A DNA stretch of 64,000 nucleotides from Felis catus (taxonomy: Eukaryota): positions 68,572,001 to 68,636,000 of the forward strand of contig NC_058384.1 in the NCBI RefSeq assembly GCF_018350175.1. Direction: 5' to 3'. Under the pieces are notes generated by a model. It ran no database searches. It was not told the DNA's origin and saw nothing but the letters and a program-made list of their open reading frames with translations. Positions within the stretch are counted from its first letter, which is position 1, and every line of letters starts with the position of its first letter. The translations under genes were made by a program, and so were the position numbers. Shown here piece by piece: positions 1 through 13,800 of this stretch.

Positions 1-198
1 AGAGGGAAAGGAAATAGAGGAGCTGTGGGGGAGGAGTGAAGACTGGGAAGGGAGAGATGGACGGGGGCTGGAACCGCAGGGACAAGGGCAGGGACAGAAA
101 TGATGCATAGTTGAATGAAGTGAGACACCAGGATGAAGAGATAGAGGCAGAAACGTTCGCCCTCCTCCCCTCTTTCCTTCTCCCGTTACCCGGCCTAC

Positions 199-303
199 CA
201 TGAGCACAAATACACCCAGAAACTCTGCCAGGCACTGCCAGGCCAGGTGGCTGCGGATCCGGAGCCGGCCCTTGACGTACGCCAAGGGCTGGCTGTGCAA
301 CAT
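199..303 (-). CDS. AQP10: Aquaporin-10, coding exon 1 (gene continues off the left edge of the window)
   Basis: Minus strand reads cccaccATG then MLHSQPLAYVKGRLRIRSHLAWQCLAEFLGVFVLM followed by a GTAGG donor at 198. Matches the recalled AQP10 N-terminus (LRIRSLLARQCLAEFLGVFVLM) and the synteny next to HAX1. Confidence 0.93.
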
Positions 304-1254
304 GGTGGGGACGCCTGGTCTCTGGCTGCTGCCACACAACCACAACCACTGCCTGCCAGGGAGCGGGGGAATGATAAGGGAAAGACTTTAAAACCAATTA
401 GCGCAGCGCCTCAACAGCAATGTCTGCACACGTGTGTAGGCTAGCGAGCGTAGAGATAGAGATAACAGGAGAATGTCCAAGGGCCGGCTCTTGGACCAGA
501 GCCTGGAGTTTGCCCAGGCTGTGTCTCTTCCATCTGTCATCCCCGTTCCTCCCAGGAGTAGCCCCCTCCTGTGCCGATGGGTCGGAGGAAGTATCCTGCG
601 CCAGCCCTTGGCCTCAGCAACCTGCTCCCGCCCCGCCCCTGGTGATCTGGAGAGCCTCAGGACTCGCCAAGGCCGCGCAGCTACTTAAGGGAGACGTCTG
701 AATTCAGATCCAGACCTTCTGACTCTCCGTCCCCTGTTGCACAATGTCACTCGTGTGGAACATGAAGCTTTCCCCCCAACCATTTGGATGCTTGCAGAAC
801 GCCACGGGCATCCAGAGAGGCTGGGCTGAAGACCGGAGACTGCAGAAAGAGAACCCACTCATGCGATGCTTGCGCTTCCCTCATGCGGAGTCCCACCTCG
901 GTTAGAGTGCCCTAGCTCTGCCTTGGCTCCAGACGAGTGCTTCACACTCGCACCGAGCCCCACCTCCCTTTCTCTGGATGCTTGTCACCCCCAGATTCCG
1001 CCTAACACACAGCAACTTCCTGGTTCTTATTGCAAGCCTCCAGTTAGGTTCATTCAACTAGGAGTCAAATTCTAGACGCTGGAGAAGCGGCGGTAAGCAA
1101 ATACATTGCCCGCTCTTCTAGAGCTTATGTGCCGGTAGGTGGAAACACATACATTTACAAAATCCCGTATATAGTTCATGAGGTTCTCGAGCACTGGGCC
1201 ACGGGCTCTGGCACAGTCCTGGGCACATCCGTTCACGATACTCCTTTACTAGGT

Positions 1255-1690
1255 TTCGTGGGTAAAATGCTCTACCCGGATGCCCTGTTTGGGACCAATG
1301 CACCCATTTCCCAGCTGCTGGGAATATCAGATGCTGATTGCACACAGCTGCTTCCCTCATGGCAATGCCTCCCATGGCAGGAGACAGCCTCACCCAAGGT
1401 CACACGCCCTCCTGGAGGGCCTGTCGACGACGGTTGATGCAGGATACAAAGACCTGGCCTCTCTGTCTCAATATGGAACGACCCTGAAGGGGCCACTCCA
1501 ACTTCCAAGTTCCCCACAGGATTGGCTGAAGCCTCTCTTGTAACCTCATTGCGTGTCAGTTTCCCCGTTTGCCTAACCTTGCCTTCCTCACTTCCTTACA
1601 GGTGCATCCCGCGAGCACTAGCACTTCCCAGTAAACCTTGTTCACGTAGCTTCTCGTTGGAGTCTTTCTCCAAGGAACCCAATTTAAGCC
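1255..1690 (+). mobile_element. LTR16-family (ERVL) long terminal repeat, old and diverged
   Basis: Recognisable LTR16 motifs: gcacccatttcccagctgctggga, cccaaggtca, ctgaaggggcca, cttacaggtg...gagcact...cagtaaacc...ggaacccaatttaag. Boundaries approximate. Confidence 0.7.
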
Positions 1691-2200
1691 TGTTGGTTTC
1701 AGACGTGGTTCCACAAATTCTAGAATGAATCTGGGTGACTGTTCACAGTCTGGCTGACAAGAACCCACGGTAGTAGGTAGAATACTGATAGTCTCTAGCT
1801 TGCCGAGGTGGGACAGTTATTAAAATTGTCAGCAGTGGCCGGCTGCGAGGGGTTACTGGTTGAAAGGATATGCATTAATGGTCTCTGCAGCAGTTGAGAG
1901 CCTGAAGGAAATAGAAACTAAGTCCACAGAACTGATCAAGTCCAGGCAGACTGTGAAACCAGGTGGCCCCACGACAGCCCTTAAGGGAAGCCTAACCTGT
2001 ATCCAGTGGGCATCAGAGTGGAGGGCCAGCTCCAATGTTAATTGTTGAGAAAGAATTCTCAGCCCCAGGCTTCCTATGCCAAGGCTAGGTATTTTAGGAC
2101 CCTAACCTTGAGGAGGTTAGGGTAGGATCCCGACATTTGAAATAGGGACATCTGGGTAGATGCAACTGAGAATCTTGAATCTCGATTCCTCTGAACCCTC
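1691..2200 (+). mobile_element. ERV3-16A3-like (ERVL) internal sequence fragment directly following the LTR
   Basis: Motifs ggtagtaggtagaatactgatag, gttattaaaattgtcagcagtgg and gggacatctgggtagatgca...gaatcttgaatc...ttcctctgaaccctc resemble the ERV3-16A3_I 5' internal region. Confidence 0.6.
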
Positions 2201-2209
2201 CCTTGTTTA

Positions 2210-3500
2210 GATTTTTCCTTTGTCTCGAGCGTTCTGAAATAGTGGGTTTATTTTCATCCTTGGTATTTAGCATATGGTGGGTCTTTCAAGTTAGAAGTAA
2301 ATATTCTTCACTTCTGGGATATTTTCTTGGTCTGTTTCATTGATGGTTTGTACCATTCCAGTTTTATTTTTTTTTTCTATTTTCTTTGAAAATAATCTTT
2401 TTAAATTGAAGTATAGTTAACATATAACATTACTTTCAGGTGTGCATTGCTGCCTGTTTTCTATATATCTATTACTTGGTCTACCTTCCTGGAGAGTTTC
2501 TCAACTTTGTCGTCAGAATCGTTTTATAGATTTTCATTTCTGCCATCACATTTTTTTTAACTCCCCAAAGTTTATTCCTCTTCATAGGAGTATGTTCTGG
2601 CTGTATGGACGTATCATCTTATATTTCTAAAGACATTAAAGACGTATCCTTGCTAAATTTTCATCTCTCTGCAGACTGTTTCTCCCAAGTTGCTTCTTTA
2701 GTTTGTATGCGTCTCCAGCTTTCAAGCTGTGAGCCATCCACAGATGTCCGCTAGTCTCCAGCTCCGTGTGTTTCTGTGATGCTCTGAAAAGCTGATTAGA
2801 AAAATCAATCGCATTCTTACATGTTAGAAGTTAGAGAGGAGAGAAACAAAAGTGGGAGTATATGTTCTACCAAATACAACTACACAATTTTAAGATGTGA
2901 TATGGGCACAGAGGTACACAAATAGATTAACAGAAAAGATAGACCCGGCACAACGATCTGTGTATAAAATATATTTACAGTATTTGTATATACATATGCA
3001 TATGTATTTTTCCAACTAGAAAAAAACAAAGTTGGTCCCCTGATTCATAGATTCATAGCAAATAGGAAGATACATTACGGGTGGATTTAAAACCAAAACG
3101 CAGGGGTGCATGGTGGCTCAGTCAGTTAAACATCCGACTCTTGGTTTCGGCTCAGGTCATGACCTCACAGTTCCGTGGAGTTGAGCCCCACATTGGGCTC
3201 CTTGCTTTAGCTGTCCCTCTGCCCCTCCCCCACGCACTCTCTTTCCAAATAAGCATTAAAAAACAAACAACACCTAAATGTAAAAAGCAAACCCAGTAAA
3301 ATCTGTGAAGGAGAAATAAAGGAGAGTGTCCTTTCAACCTTGGGTGGGGAGGTGTCTAAATGACACAAAGAGCACTAAACATAAAGAAAAATATAAACTT
3401 TGCTATGGTAAGGTAATTTCTGTTCACCAAAACATATAATAAAAAGACAACATTTCATCAGTGTATATCTTCTTTGTTCTTGTGATAGGTCTCCTTAGAA
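2210..3500. mobile_element. Degraded old L1 (L1M/L1ME-type) fragments, interrupted by a SINE
   Basis: AT-rich sequence with L1 ORF2/3'-like words (gaaaaatcaatcgcattcttac, caaatagattaacagaa, gcactaaacataaagaaaa...aaactttg). Confidence 0.45.
3102..3270 (+). mobile_element. Can-SINE (SINEC, tRNA-derived)
   Basis: ggggtgcatggtggctcagtcagttaa...ggctcaggtcatgacctcac head, CT-rich body, A-rich tail. Confidence 0.9.
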
Positions 3501-3796
3501 AAATCCCTTTATCATGTGTCGTTTTAGTAAAGTTTCGAGGAAACAGAGGTAAACATACAAAATCAGCCCCTCCCAGCCACAGTACTAAAAGAGTTTTTAA
3601 CGAGAAAAAAAATCTAGTAATGTTTGTCCTAGTTATATTTTCTCCAACATACATTAAAAAAAAAAAAAAAAAAGAACATAGCCAGTAAAGGAAGAAATAT
3701 TTGCCAGTGTATTCCCTCAAATTCTCTCATGAACTGCCCCATCCTAGGGAAGCAGCCATCACCCATTTCCACACAGGCTTCCTCTTTTGAGAATTT

Positions 3797-4016
3797 TTTT
3801 AATTTCTTAAATGTTTTGATTTATTTTTGAGAGAGAGAAAGAGAGTGCCAGCAGGGGAGGGGCCGAGAGAGAGAGAGGGAGACGCAGAATACTAAGCAGG
3901 CTCCAGACTCCAAGCTGTCAGCACAGAAACTGACGCAGGGCTGGAGCCCACGAACCGCGAGATCCTGACCTGAGCCAAAGTCAGACGCTCAACCGACTGA
4001 GCCACCCAGGTGCCCC
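3797..4016 (-). mobile_element. Can-SINE (SINEC_Fc-type) with target-site duplication
   Basis: Full antisense copy flanked by the TSD ctcttttgagaattt at 3782-3796 and 4017-4031. Confidence 0.93.
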
Positions 4017-4259
4017 CTCTTTTGAGAATTTGTGCATTCCCCGACAGAACTCTTCCTGGAGTTGTCTCTATAGTTATCTCTTCCACAAGAATAATCTACT
4101 GGGGACCTGACCCTATTTATCAAATCAGGTTTTGGAAGCAGAAAAAAGTTAAAGAAGAAGGCGGCCGTGGGCCAAGATGATCTGGGAACCCCTGGATGGT
4201 GCTAGAAAGTGGAACAGCCTGGACAGAACTAAGACCAAAGAATTAGCATAAATAAAGGT

Positions 4260-4265
4260 TTTATT
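4260..4265 (-). terminator. HAX1: HAX1 polyadenylation signal AATAAA
   Basis: tttatt on the + strand, about 140 nt downstream of the HAX1 stop codon. Confidence 0.75.
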
Positions 4266-4401
4266 GGTCACTTTGGGTGAGTCACATACTGACATACCCC
4301 CAATTCACTGCTCCGCACACCCCAGGCCGAGGTGGCAGGAGGAGACACGGATGGTGAGCGAAGCGTGGAAGGGATCTGAAGGCCGCTGAGGCTTAACGAG
4401 G

Positions 4402-6758
<2,357 letters not shown>

Positions 6759-7794
6759 CCCCGAGTAGGGACTCGAACCCGCGGACCCCACCGAGGCCCA
6801 TTCGCACCCGGCGGCAGCCTGGGCCCCGCGACCGGAAACTGAGCGAGGCGTCGGGCCACTTGCCGGAAAGCAGGGCTGCGAACGAGCACACTGTCGCAAA
6901 ACGGCCGTCAGCGCGGCGCGGGCGGGGCGGACAGTGCGACTCGGTCCGGGCGGCGAGCGGACGGGCGGGCGTCCCGAAATCGCGTCTCCCGAAGCTCGCC
7001 CGCCTCACGCGCCGCCTCCCCCCGCGCCGCCACCGGATGGCCTGGGCGCTTCGACGGCGTGAGGCTGCGTGGGGCCGGCCGCCGCCGCCAGGGGGCAACC
7101 GCCGCCCGCGCTTCTGGTCTGAGTTCCCCGGTCGGTCTCGGCCGGGGACGCACGGACCTAGCGCTCTCCCGCTAAAGTGGTGTCGTTAAGCGGAGTCCTG
7201 AGCCCACCGGGCAGGCTCTGCGACCAGCAGGGCAAAGGCTCGGTGAGAGGGCGAGGGGAACCCAGGGAAGGCTTGCGGGGGGGGGGGGGGCGGGGGAGGA
7301 GTTTGGAGCCGTAAGTACCCCCTCTCCTGTCTCTGAATTTTCCAGCCTGCCGTTCCCTGCACCCCCGCCCCCCACCGGGCCCCGGCCTTGGTCTCCAGAC
7401 CCCTCCCGTACAGAGAACTGCCGAGAACTGCTGCGCTGACCTCCAGGTTCCCAATCTGACAGCTGCAGGTCACCGTGCCTTCTCTGCAGCTCATTTGCCC
7501 GGACCCATCTGCATTACACTTGGGTTCTTCAAAGCTCCTTCTTAATCCTCTCCCTTTCCACCCAGTATCTGCTCCCACTCCCTCCACAGCCCGAAATCTG
7601 CTGCAGATGAGCAGCTTCCGGAGGAGATGCGAATTTGGGTGGTTCTTTCTAGGCTGTGAAGTTCTTGGGGGAGGAGGGCAGGGAATTCCCTTAGAGCAAA
7701 ATACTAGCAGCACTTTTAAGGGCAAAGAGCTCTTTTTATTCCATGGCCTTCGGGGAGCCTGGAGCCCGCTAGAGGCCCGGCTGATGTGTGACGC

Positions 7795-7833
7795 TCATTC
7801 ACCAAGCTGGTCACTGACGAGACTGAGGAAGTC
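7795..7833 (-). CDS. UBAP2L: UBAP2L distal alternative last exon (DFLSLVSDQLGE*)
   Basis: ctccgtctag acceptor, 39-nt phase-0 ORF ending in TGA, AATAAA at 7735-7740. Resembles the recalled human isoform ending DILNFVDDQLGE. Confidence 0.8.
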   Translation of the reverse strand, partial: DFLSLVSDQLGE

Positions 7834-10800
7834 CTAGACGGAGNNNNNNNNNNNNNNNNNNNNNNNNNNNNNNNNNNNNNNNNNNNNNNNNNNNNNNNNN
7901 NNNNNNNNNNNNNNNNNNNNNNNNNNNNNNNNNNNNNNNNNNNNNNNNNNNNNNNNNNNNNNNNNNNNNNNNNNNNNNNNNNNNNNNNNNNNNNNNNNNN
8001 NNNNNNNNNGTTTCCTAATAATAAAGGAGGAGACTTAGGGCTGTTGGGCTGATATATATTTGGGGGTCCCCCCTCCCCACCTCATCCATACACCACCAGG
8101 GTGAACAGGAGGAGAAGGAAGGCAGGGCCCACAGCAAAGTTTCATAATCTTGAATGCAAGGGGGGAGGAAGAGAGGAAAGGGGGGAGGGAAAGGAGAAAA
8201 TACAAATCCTATAATACATACAACAGAGTGGGGGGTGGGATGGGAATGGACAGACATGAAGCTGAGGCATGGGGTGGGCTGCTGGGGGCGGGGGGGGGCA
8301 GCAGAACCCCCCCCCCCACATTCCTTTCTTTGATGCNNNNNNNNNNNNNNNNNNNNNNNNNNNNNNNNNNNNNNNNNNNNNNNNNNNNNNNNNNNNNNNN
8401 NNNNNNNNNNNNNNNNNNNNNNNNNNNNNNNNNNNNNNNNNNNNNNNNNNNNNNNNNNNNNNNNNNNNNNNNNNNNNNNNNNNNNNNNNNNNNNNNNNNN
8501 NNNNNNNNNNNNNNNNATGAGGAGGAGGAGAAAGGTGTCTAGTTAGTGGGACAGATCTGTGACATCTTCACATGCAGATCTGGAAACTCTTGCTCTCCCC
8601 TTGCTTAGAGAAACTGCTCTGAAGTTTACTTCCAAACCACAGAACATTTAATTTCTATAGGTGCTAGGGTGCCTCGGACAGGGAAGAAAGCATTTCCAGC
8701 CTTTAAACAGGGGAACGATGACAAGACGGCAGGACCTTTTAGAGACAAGACTGTGAATGAGTTCTACCCACTTTCCACCCCACCTTCTCCCCTACCCCCA
8801 CTGCTCTGAGAAAAGGCTACTCTCTCTAGAGAGTTATGGCCTCTTGGAGATGAGTGACCACAAGATGATTTCGTTTTCGTTGATCCCACGAATACCTCAA
8901 CTGGGAAGGCTGTCTCTGACAGCAAGGCAGCCCTTACTTATCCCAGCTCCCCAGCTCCCTGGGACGCAGGAGAGGTCACCTGTACCAGCCCATGCCCCCC
9001 CGCTCCCCCCATTGCACAGCGGAGAGCCCATTTCAGCCAAAAGGCAGGAGAGACAGTCTGAGGCCCCAGGCTCCAGACGCTGCCCCAAGGATCCGTTCCG
9101 TTCCAGTAACCAAGTGTTTCCAGAGTCGCGGAAGGGCAGAAAGAAAAAGAGGGCACTGGGGAGGGGAGGGCAAGAGAGGAACAGGAGGCCAGAGAGCTCA
9201 GCAAGGTGTCTGTGTCTGTGTGTCCTGATCTGTGACGGTGCAGCTTTTTGTCTTCGAGTTCCCTGAGGCTGTGGAGGTGAAGTGGGGGCCGGGAAGGAGT
9301 GGGTTCAAGCANNNNNNNNNNNNNNNNNNNNNNNNNNNNNNNNNNNNNNNNNNNNNNNNNNNNNNNNNNNNNNNNNNNNNNNNNNNNNNNNNNNNNNNNN
9401 NNNNNNNNNNNNNNNNNNNNNNNNNNNNNNNNNNNNNNNNNNNNNNNNNNNNNNNNNNNNNNNNNNNNNNNNNNNGGGGGAGGCCGGGAGAGGTCAGAGG
9501 GTAGGTGTGACCCAGGTCTGATGGGATGAGGGCAGCTGTGCTACAGGAGGTAGAGGAGAAAGGCACCGAAGGAACCGGGCGAAGAAGGTTTCAGCCCGGC
9601 CCCTTCTCTGACCGCTCCTCTGCCGGCAGCTTGTGTCATGTGCGCTTGTGTCTGTCTGTGCTGTGTGCCCATGGCTGGCGCTGGGAGGGGTGGGTGAAGG
9701 TGGTGGTGAGGAAGGGTAAGAGAAGGAAAGGGGGGAGTTTCAGGGGACAGGAAGGAAGAGGAAGGGAAAGGAGAGGGGAGAGCTATTACCTGGCCGTCCT
9801 GCTGCAGGTGGTGGTGGAGGANNNNNNNNNNNNNNNNNNNNNNNNNNNNNNNNNNNNNNNNNNNNNNNNNNNNNNNNNNNNNNNNNNNNNNNNNNNNNNN
9901 NNNNNNNNNNNNNNNNNNNNNNNNNNNNNNNNNNNNNNNNNNNNNNNNNNNNNTGCCGGAATGAAAACCTTGTTTCTCGAAGGACTGCTGTCCAGGGGGC
10001 GGGGAGAGACAGCAAAAGGGGTCAGCAAACCAAGCCCTGGACTCTCTGAGCCCAAGCCCTCCACCCACTGAGAGCAGCACGCAGCAAAGGAGGCGCACCG
10101 CACCTGCACCAGGTGCCCGGGTCTGCCTCTGCTGTGCTCTTTGGGGGCCGTGTGATCCTGACAAAAGTACTCCCTCTCTGCCTCCGTCCTCTCCTACGTG
10201 AAGCAGGGGTGCCGTGGACTCCCTAGCCGTGGGGACCACACGACAGGACGGGTGTGAGGCTGCCCTGTGACTCTACAGTCGCAGACCATCTGCAGCTGCT
10301 CCCCTACTGCCACCCTGGAGCTCGGCCACGAAGCGCTCCGCCAGGACTCCTGATACTTCACGGTCGCTCCCACTGTGCCTTTACAAAGACTGGATCGCAC
10401 CAGCTTCCCTTCAGTCCGTACTCTTCATCTTGGAAAGTTACAAGAAGGCTGGCGGTGGGCAAAGTCAGGACAGCTGCACGGTAAATCCCGCCTCACAGCG
10501 ACCGGCCACACCTCCCCTTCCTGAACACTTCTCTTGCTTGTTCTCAGAGGGCTAACTCCAAACTTCTAGAAATTGAAATCTAGAGACCACTCGTTTTCTG
10601 GGATGGGCTTCCTGACATCTCTCAGGTTGTTCTTGTTCACTGAGCTTCTGTCATTGCAACGCCACCTCCTCTGCGTCCGTTATCTTTCCACCTGTACCTC
10701 GAGCAAGGCACCTACCTGGGTCTTGGAGTACACAGAACCCGAGATATCTGGCACGCCCGTGTTACTGGAGGTGACTGACACACCTGGGGGAGGAGGAAAC

Positions 10801-13800
10801 AGGAGTTAGCTCAGCTGGCTGCCTGGCCCCCCTCTCGGGGGGAGACGGTGTGCACAGCCTCTAGCTAGAGCACTGCAAGGGGTCCTGCTGTGTTTCCAGC
10901 TCAGGTCAGTCCTGAGAGATGAGGGTTCATGCCCCGAGTCTGCCCTTTCCAGGTGCGTACTGAGTATGTATGTGAGGGGGCGAGTGAGGGGAGCTGCTTT
11001 TTGTGGGGCAAGGCTACAGGCAAGCCTCACCAGCATATACCTTTCAAGACGCTTTTGTGCCAAAGCCCAAAAGAAATGTATTAAATGTTTAACATCTGTT
11101 TCAAATCAACGCACCCAGACTCCACTCGGTCCTGCTCCTGAAGACAGGTAGTCTGGGATCTTCCTGTTCACCAAGAGACACTTTTGGGCTCAGGACTGCA
11201 TGCTTTCGCAGCCTAAGGTAAGCACCCAAGGAGCATTCCAGTCCAACCCCAAGAGCACGGCCCGTTGTCAGTCTTGGCTCACCTGGCCCCGCGTCTCCAA
11301 TTCTGGCGCTTCTAGGCCACGTACTTAGGATTTAAAGAGCCCACACAAAGGTGCATTTCCAGCTAAGTAACTGAGGCCCAAGCACGGGGAGGTGGGGAGG
11401 GTAAGGAAGGGAGTGGAGTATGTTGTCTCCTCCAGTCCAGGTGGAACACAAAATCCGACGTCCTCATCCATACTCCCAATGACTTGTGTTCCCCGGGTAA
11501 AAACTCCCTGCCACCAGGGCCACTCCAAGGAAACCAGGACAGCATATTCCTCATCTCGATTTCTAGTCCTTAAACTGAAATACACACTGTACCCTGGGGT
11601 ATGGGGCAATGGATTGAGAAAAAGCCATCAGATAAAATAATCCAGCGTCTTGCTAAACAAATTTTCTGCGAAGATTTGAGGAAAAGCAACTCAAAATTAA
11701 CTCAGAATTTAAAACACACTTAAGATATATTCAATCTCATCACATGAGATAAAATGAAACTTCAGAAAAACTGCATTTCAGCCTGTGTCCCTGGATCCTC
11801 CTCCTGCTGTTCGAGGCCCTCGGATGCAAGAGCTTCTCAGAAGCACCGTGCCAAAGTGACCAAATCACAAGTCCCCCCACAACTCAAGAGCAATTCCCCC
11901 GTCAGAGTCCAGAACCCAGATCCTCCCAATGCCTAGGATGGAGGCAGCCTCCCAAGGTGGAGTCCACCTTGGACAACCACTTCAGGATCTTCCCGGTACG
12001 TGTGGTTTCTTCACCTGGAAGCCCCGCCCATAGCACAAACCTAGATCACTCCAAGAAGGTGCCAAAGAAAAATCGCACAACTGCAGAAACAGCATGGAAA
12101 ATACCACCCCTTCTCAAGCAGCAATTCTCCCCTCAAAGGCCCTGAAGGAGAAGAAGGGATGATACAGGGACTAACAGGGTAGTGCCTTCCCTTCCCTTCT
12201 CAAACCCCAGGTGCCCGTGTGCCAGTCACTGGTGGTGGACCTGACTTTAAGGACAGTTTATTTGCTACAGCACCGAGGAGATTTGTGCGGAGGGCCGACA
12301 GTGAGGTGGGACGGACGGGATACAAACGTTTTTGAGGGAAACGAGAGACGATGATTGATCTTTACTGCAAAGGTTCTAATACCTTGTGGACACCCTGGGC
12401 CACCCCATGCAGGACAGGACAAATGGCTAACTGGTTTCTCGAGCTGGGTGGTAGGGAGCAATTTAGCTCCGGAGTGCCCCTGCCACACACACCTGGGCTC
12501 AGTCTTCCCAGAGGCTGGACCAGCTAAAATCCAGCTTCTAGTCCTGAGACCGTGGTCCGGGTGTTGGGCGAAAGGACTGGAGACGCAGGAACAGACGAGA
12601 GAACACCGCAGCAGCCCTAACAGCCTGAGTGTGAGCACTAGAGGCCCTAGACGTGACCTGTGTGGCTGCCCCACTTCCCCTGCACCTGCGGCGAGAAAGC
12701 TCCTCAGACCAGAGTTCTCTGGCTTTCCAACAGTCAACGCCCTGCCTATCCGCCCCCCCACCTTCCCCGCTCCCAAGCAGCTACAAGCACACTGACAGGA
12801 GGTGGACAGCAGGGAGGAGAAACGAGAACCAATGCCTCCCAGCATGGCAGCCCCGGAGGGCTGGGGACAAATACAGAGGAAGTGGAGTATCCAGGTTTGC
12901 ACTTAACGAAGGATGATGCTCTCGCCGGACGAGTTAACTCTGTAAACAAAGGGGGCGACGGTGTGCCAGCAGCTGGATCGAGTAGGGAGAGCTCCCGTCG
13001 TCACGGAGAAGTGGAACGAAACCTCTCCCGCACATCCTTAGCTACACCCACAAGTGCAAAGCAACGAGTAGTCCACAACCCCCGAGCAGTCTCGAGGGAC
13101 TGAGAACAGTGCTGCAGGCCAGCACGGTTGTCACAGCCGGAGTCATCAACTAGCTGGTCACTAAAGACCCAATCAGCTCTCAAGCAGCCATCTGGCCCAG
13201 GGCCTTGGAAGCCACTTCCCTAAACCAGCTCCAAACGCCACCTCTTTCTGCCTTTCACCATGACCTGACACTCCAAGCTGTTTTTGTCCTTTCCCTCTGC
13301 TTCCGTCAGAGGCACAGGAAAGATCTGAGTGAAAAGTGAAGCGCTGTACTAAGCATGGAGAATCAGGGATTTTCTGCAAATAACTTTCTTTATCATTCAA
13401 TCAAAGGGCTGAAAACTGACGCTGCCTCCCCCTCTCCCACTTGATAAAATCACCACGCCGAGAAGGTAACAGTTCTCCATCCTTTGGCTACACTGGGGTT
13501 TGATTGAGAAGGCCCCCCTCCACCCTTCGTCCACAGCACAACATTGGCTCCTAGTGTCCAGAAAGACATGCACGGAAAGAACGCCAGAGTTAGCTAAAGA
13601 AATACCACAGTTTATTGAAGACTACAAATATTTTGTTACAAGGTGAAACTACATCCTTCCAGAAATCAAGAGCAACGGCAGGTGTGTGCATTGATGCTTC
13701 GGAGGCGCTGCACCGCTTGGACTCGGAATGGGTAAGACAGGGTCAGACACGTGGGGGAGAGGGAAACGGGGGCAGNNNNNNNNNNNNNNNNNNNNNNNNN

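Noticed and set aside
1129-1543. ORFs of 87-102 aa near AQP10
   Set aside because: They lie mostly within the LTR16 element and show no retroviral protein motifs.
12258-13103. 214-aa and 147-aa ORFs in a UBAP2L intron
   Set aside because: No recognisable domain or splice support; consistent with chance in GC-rich intronic DNA.
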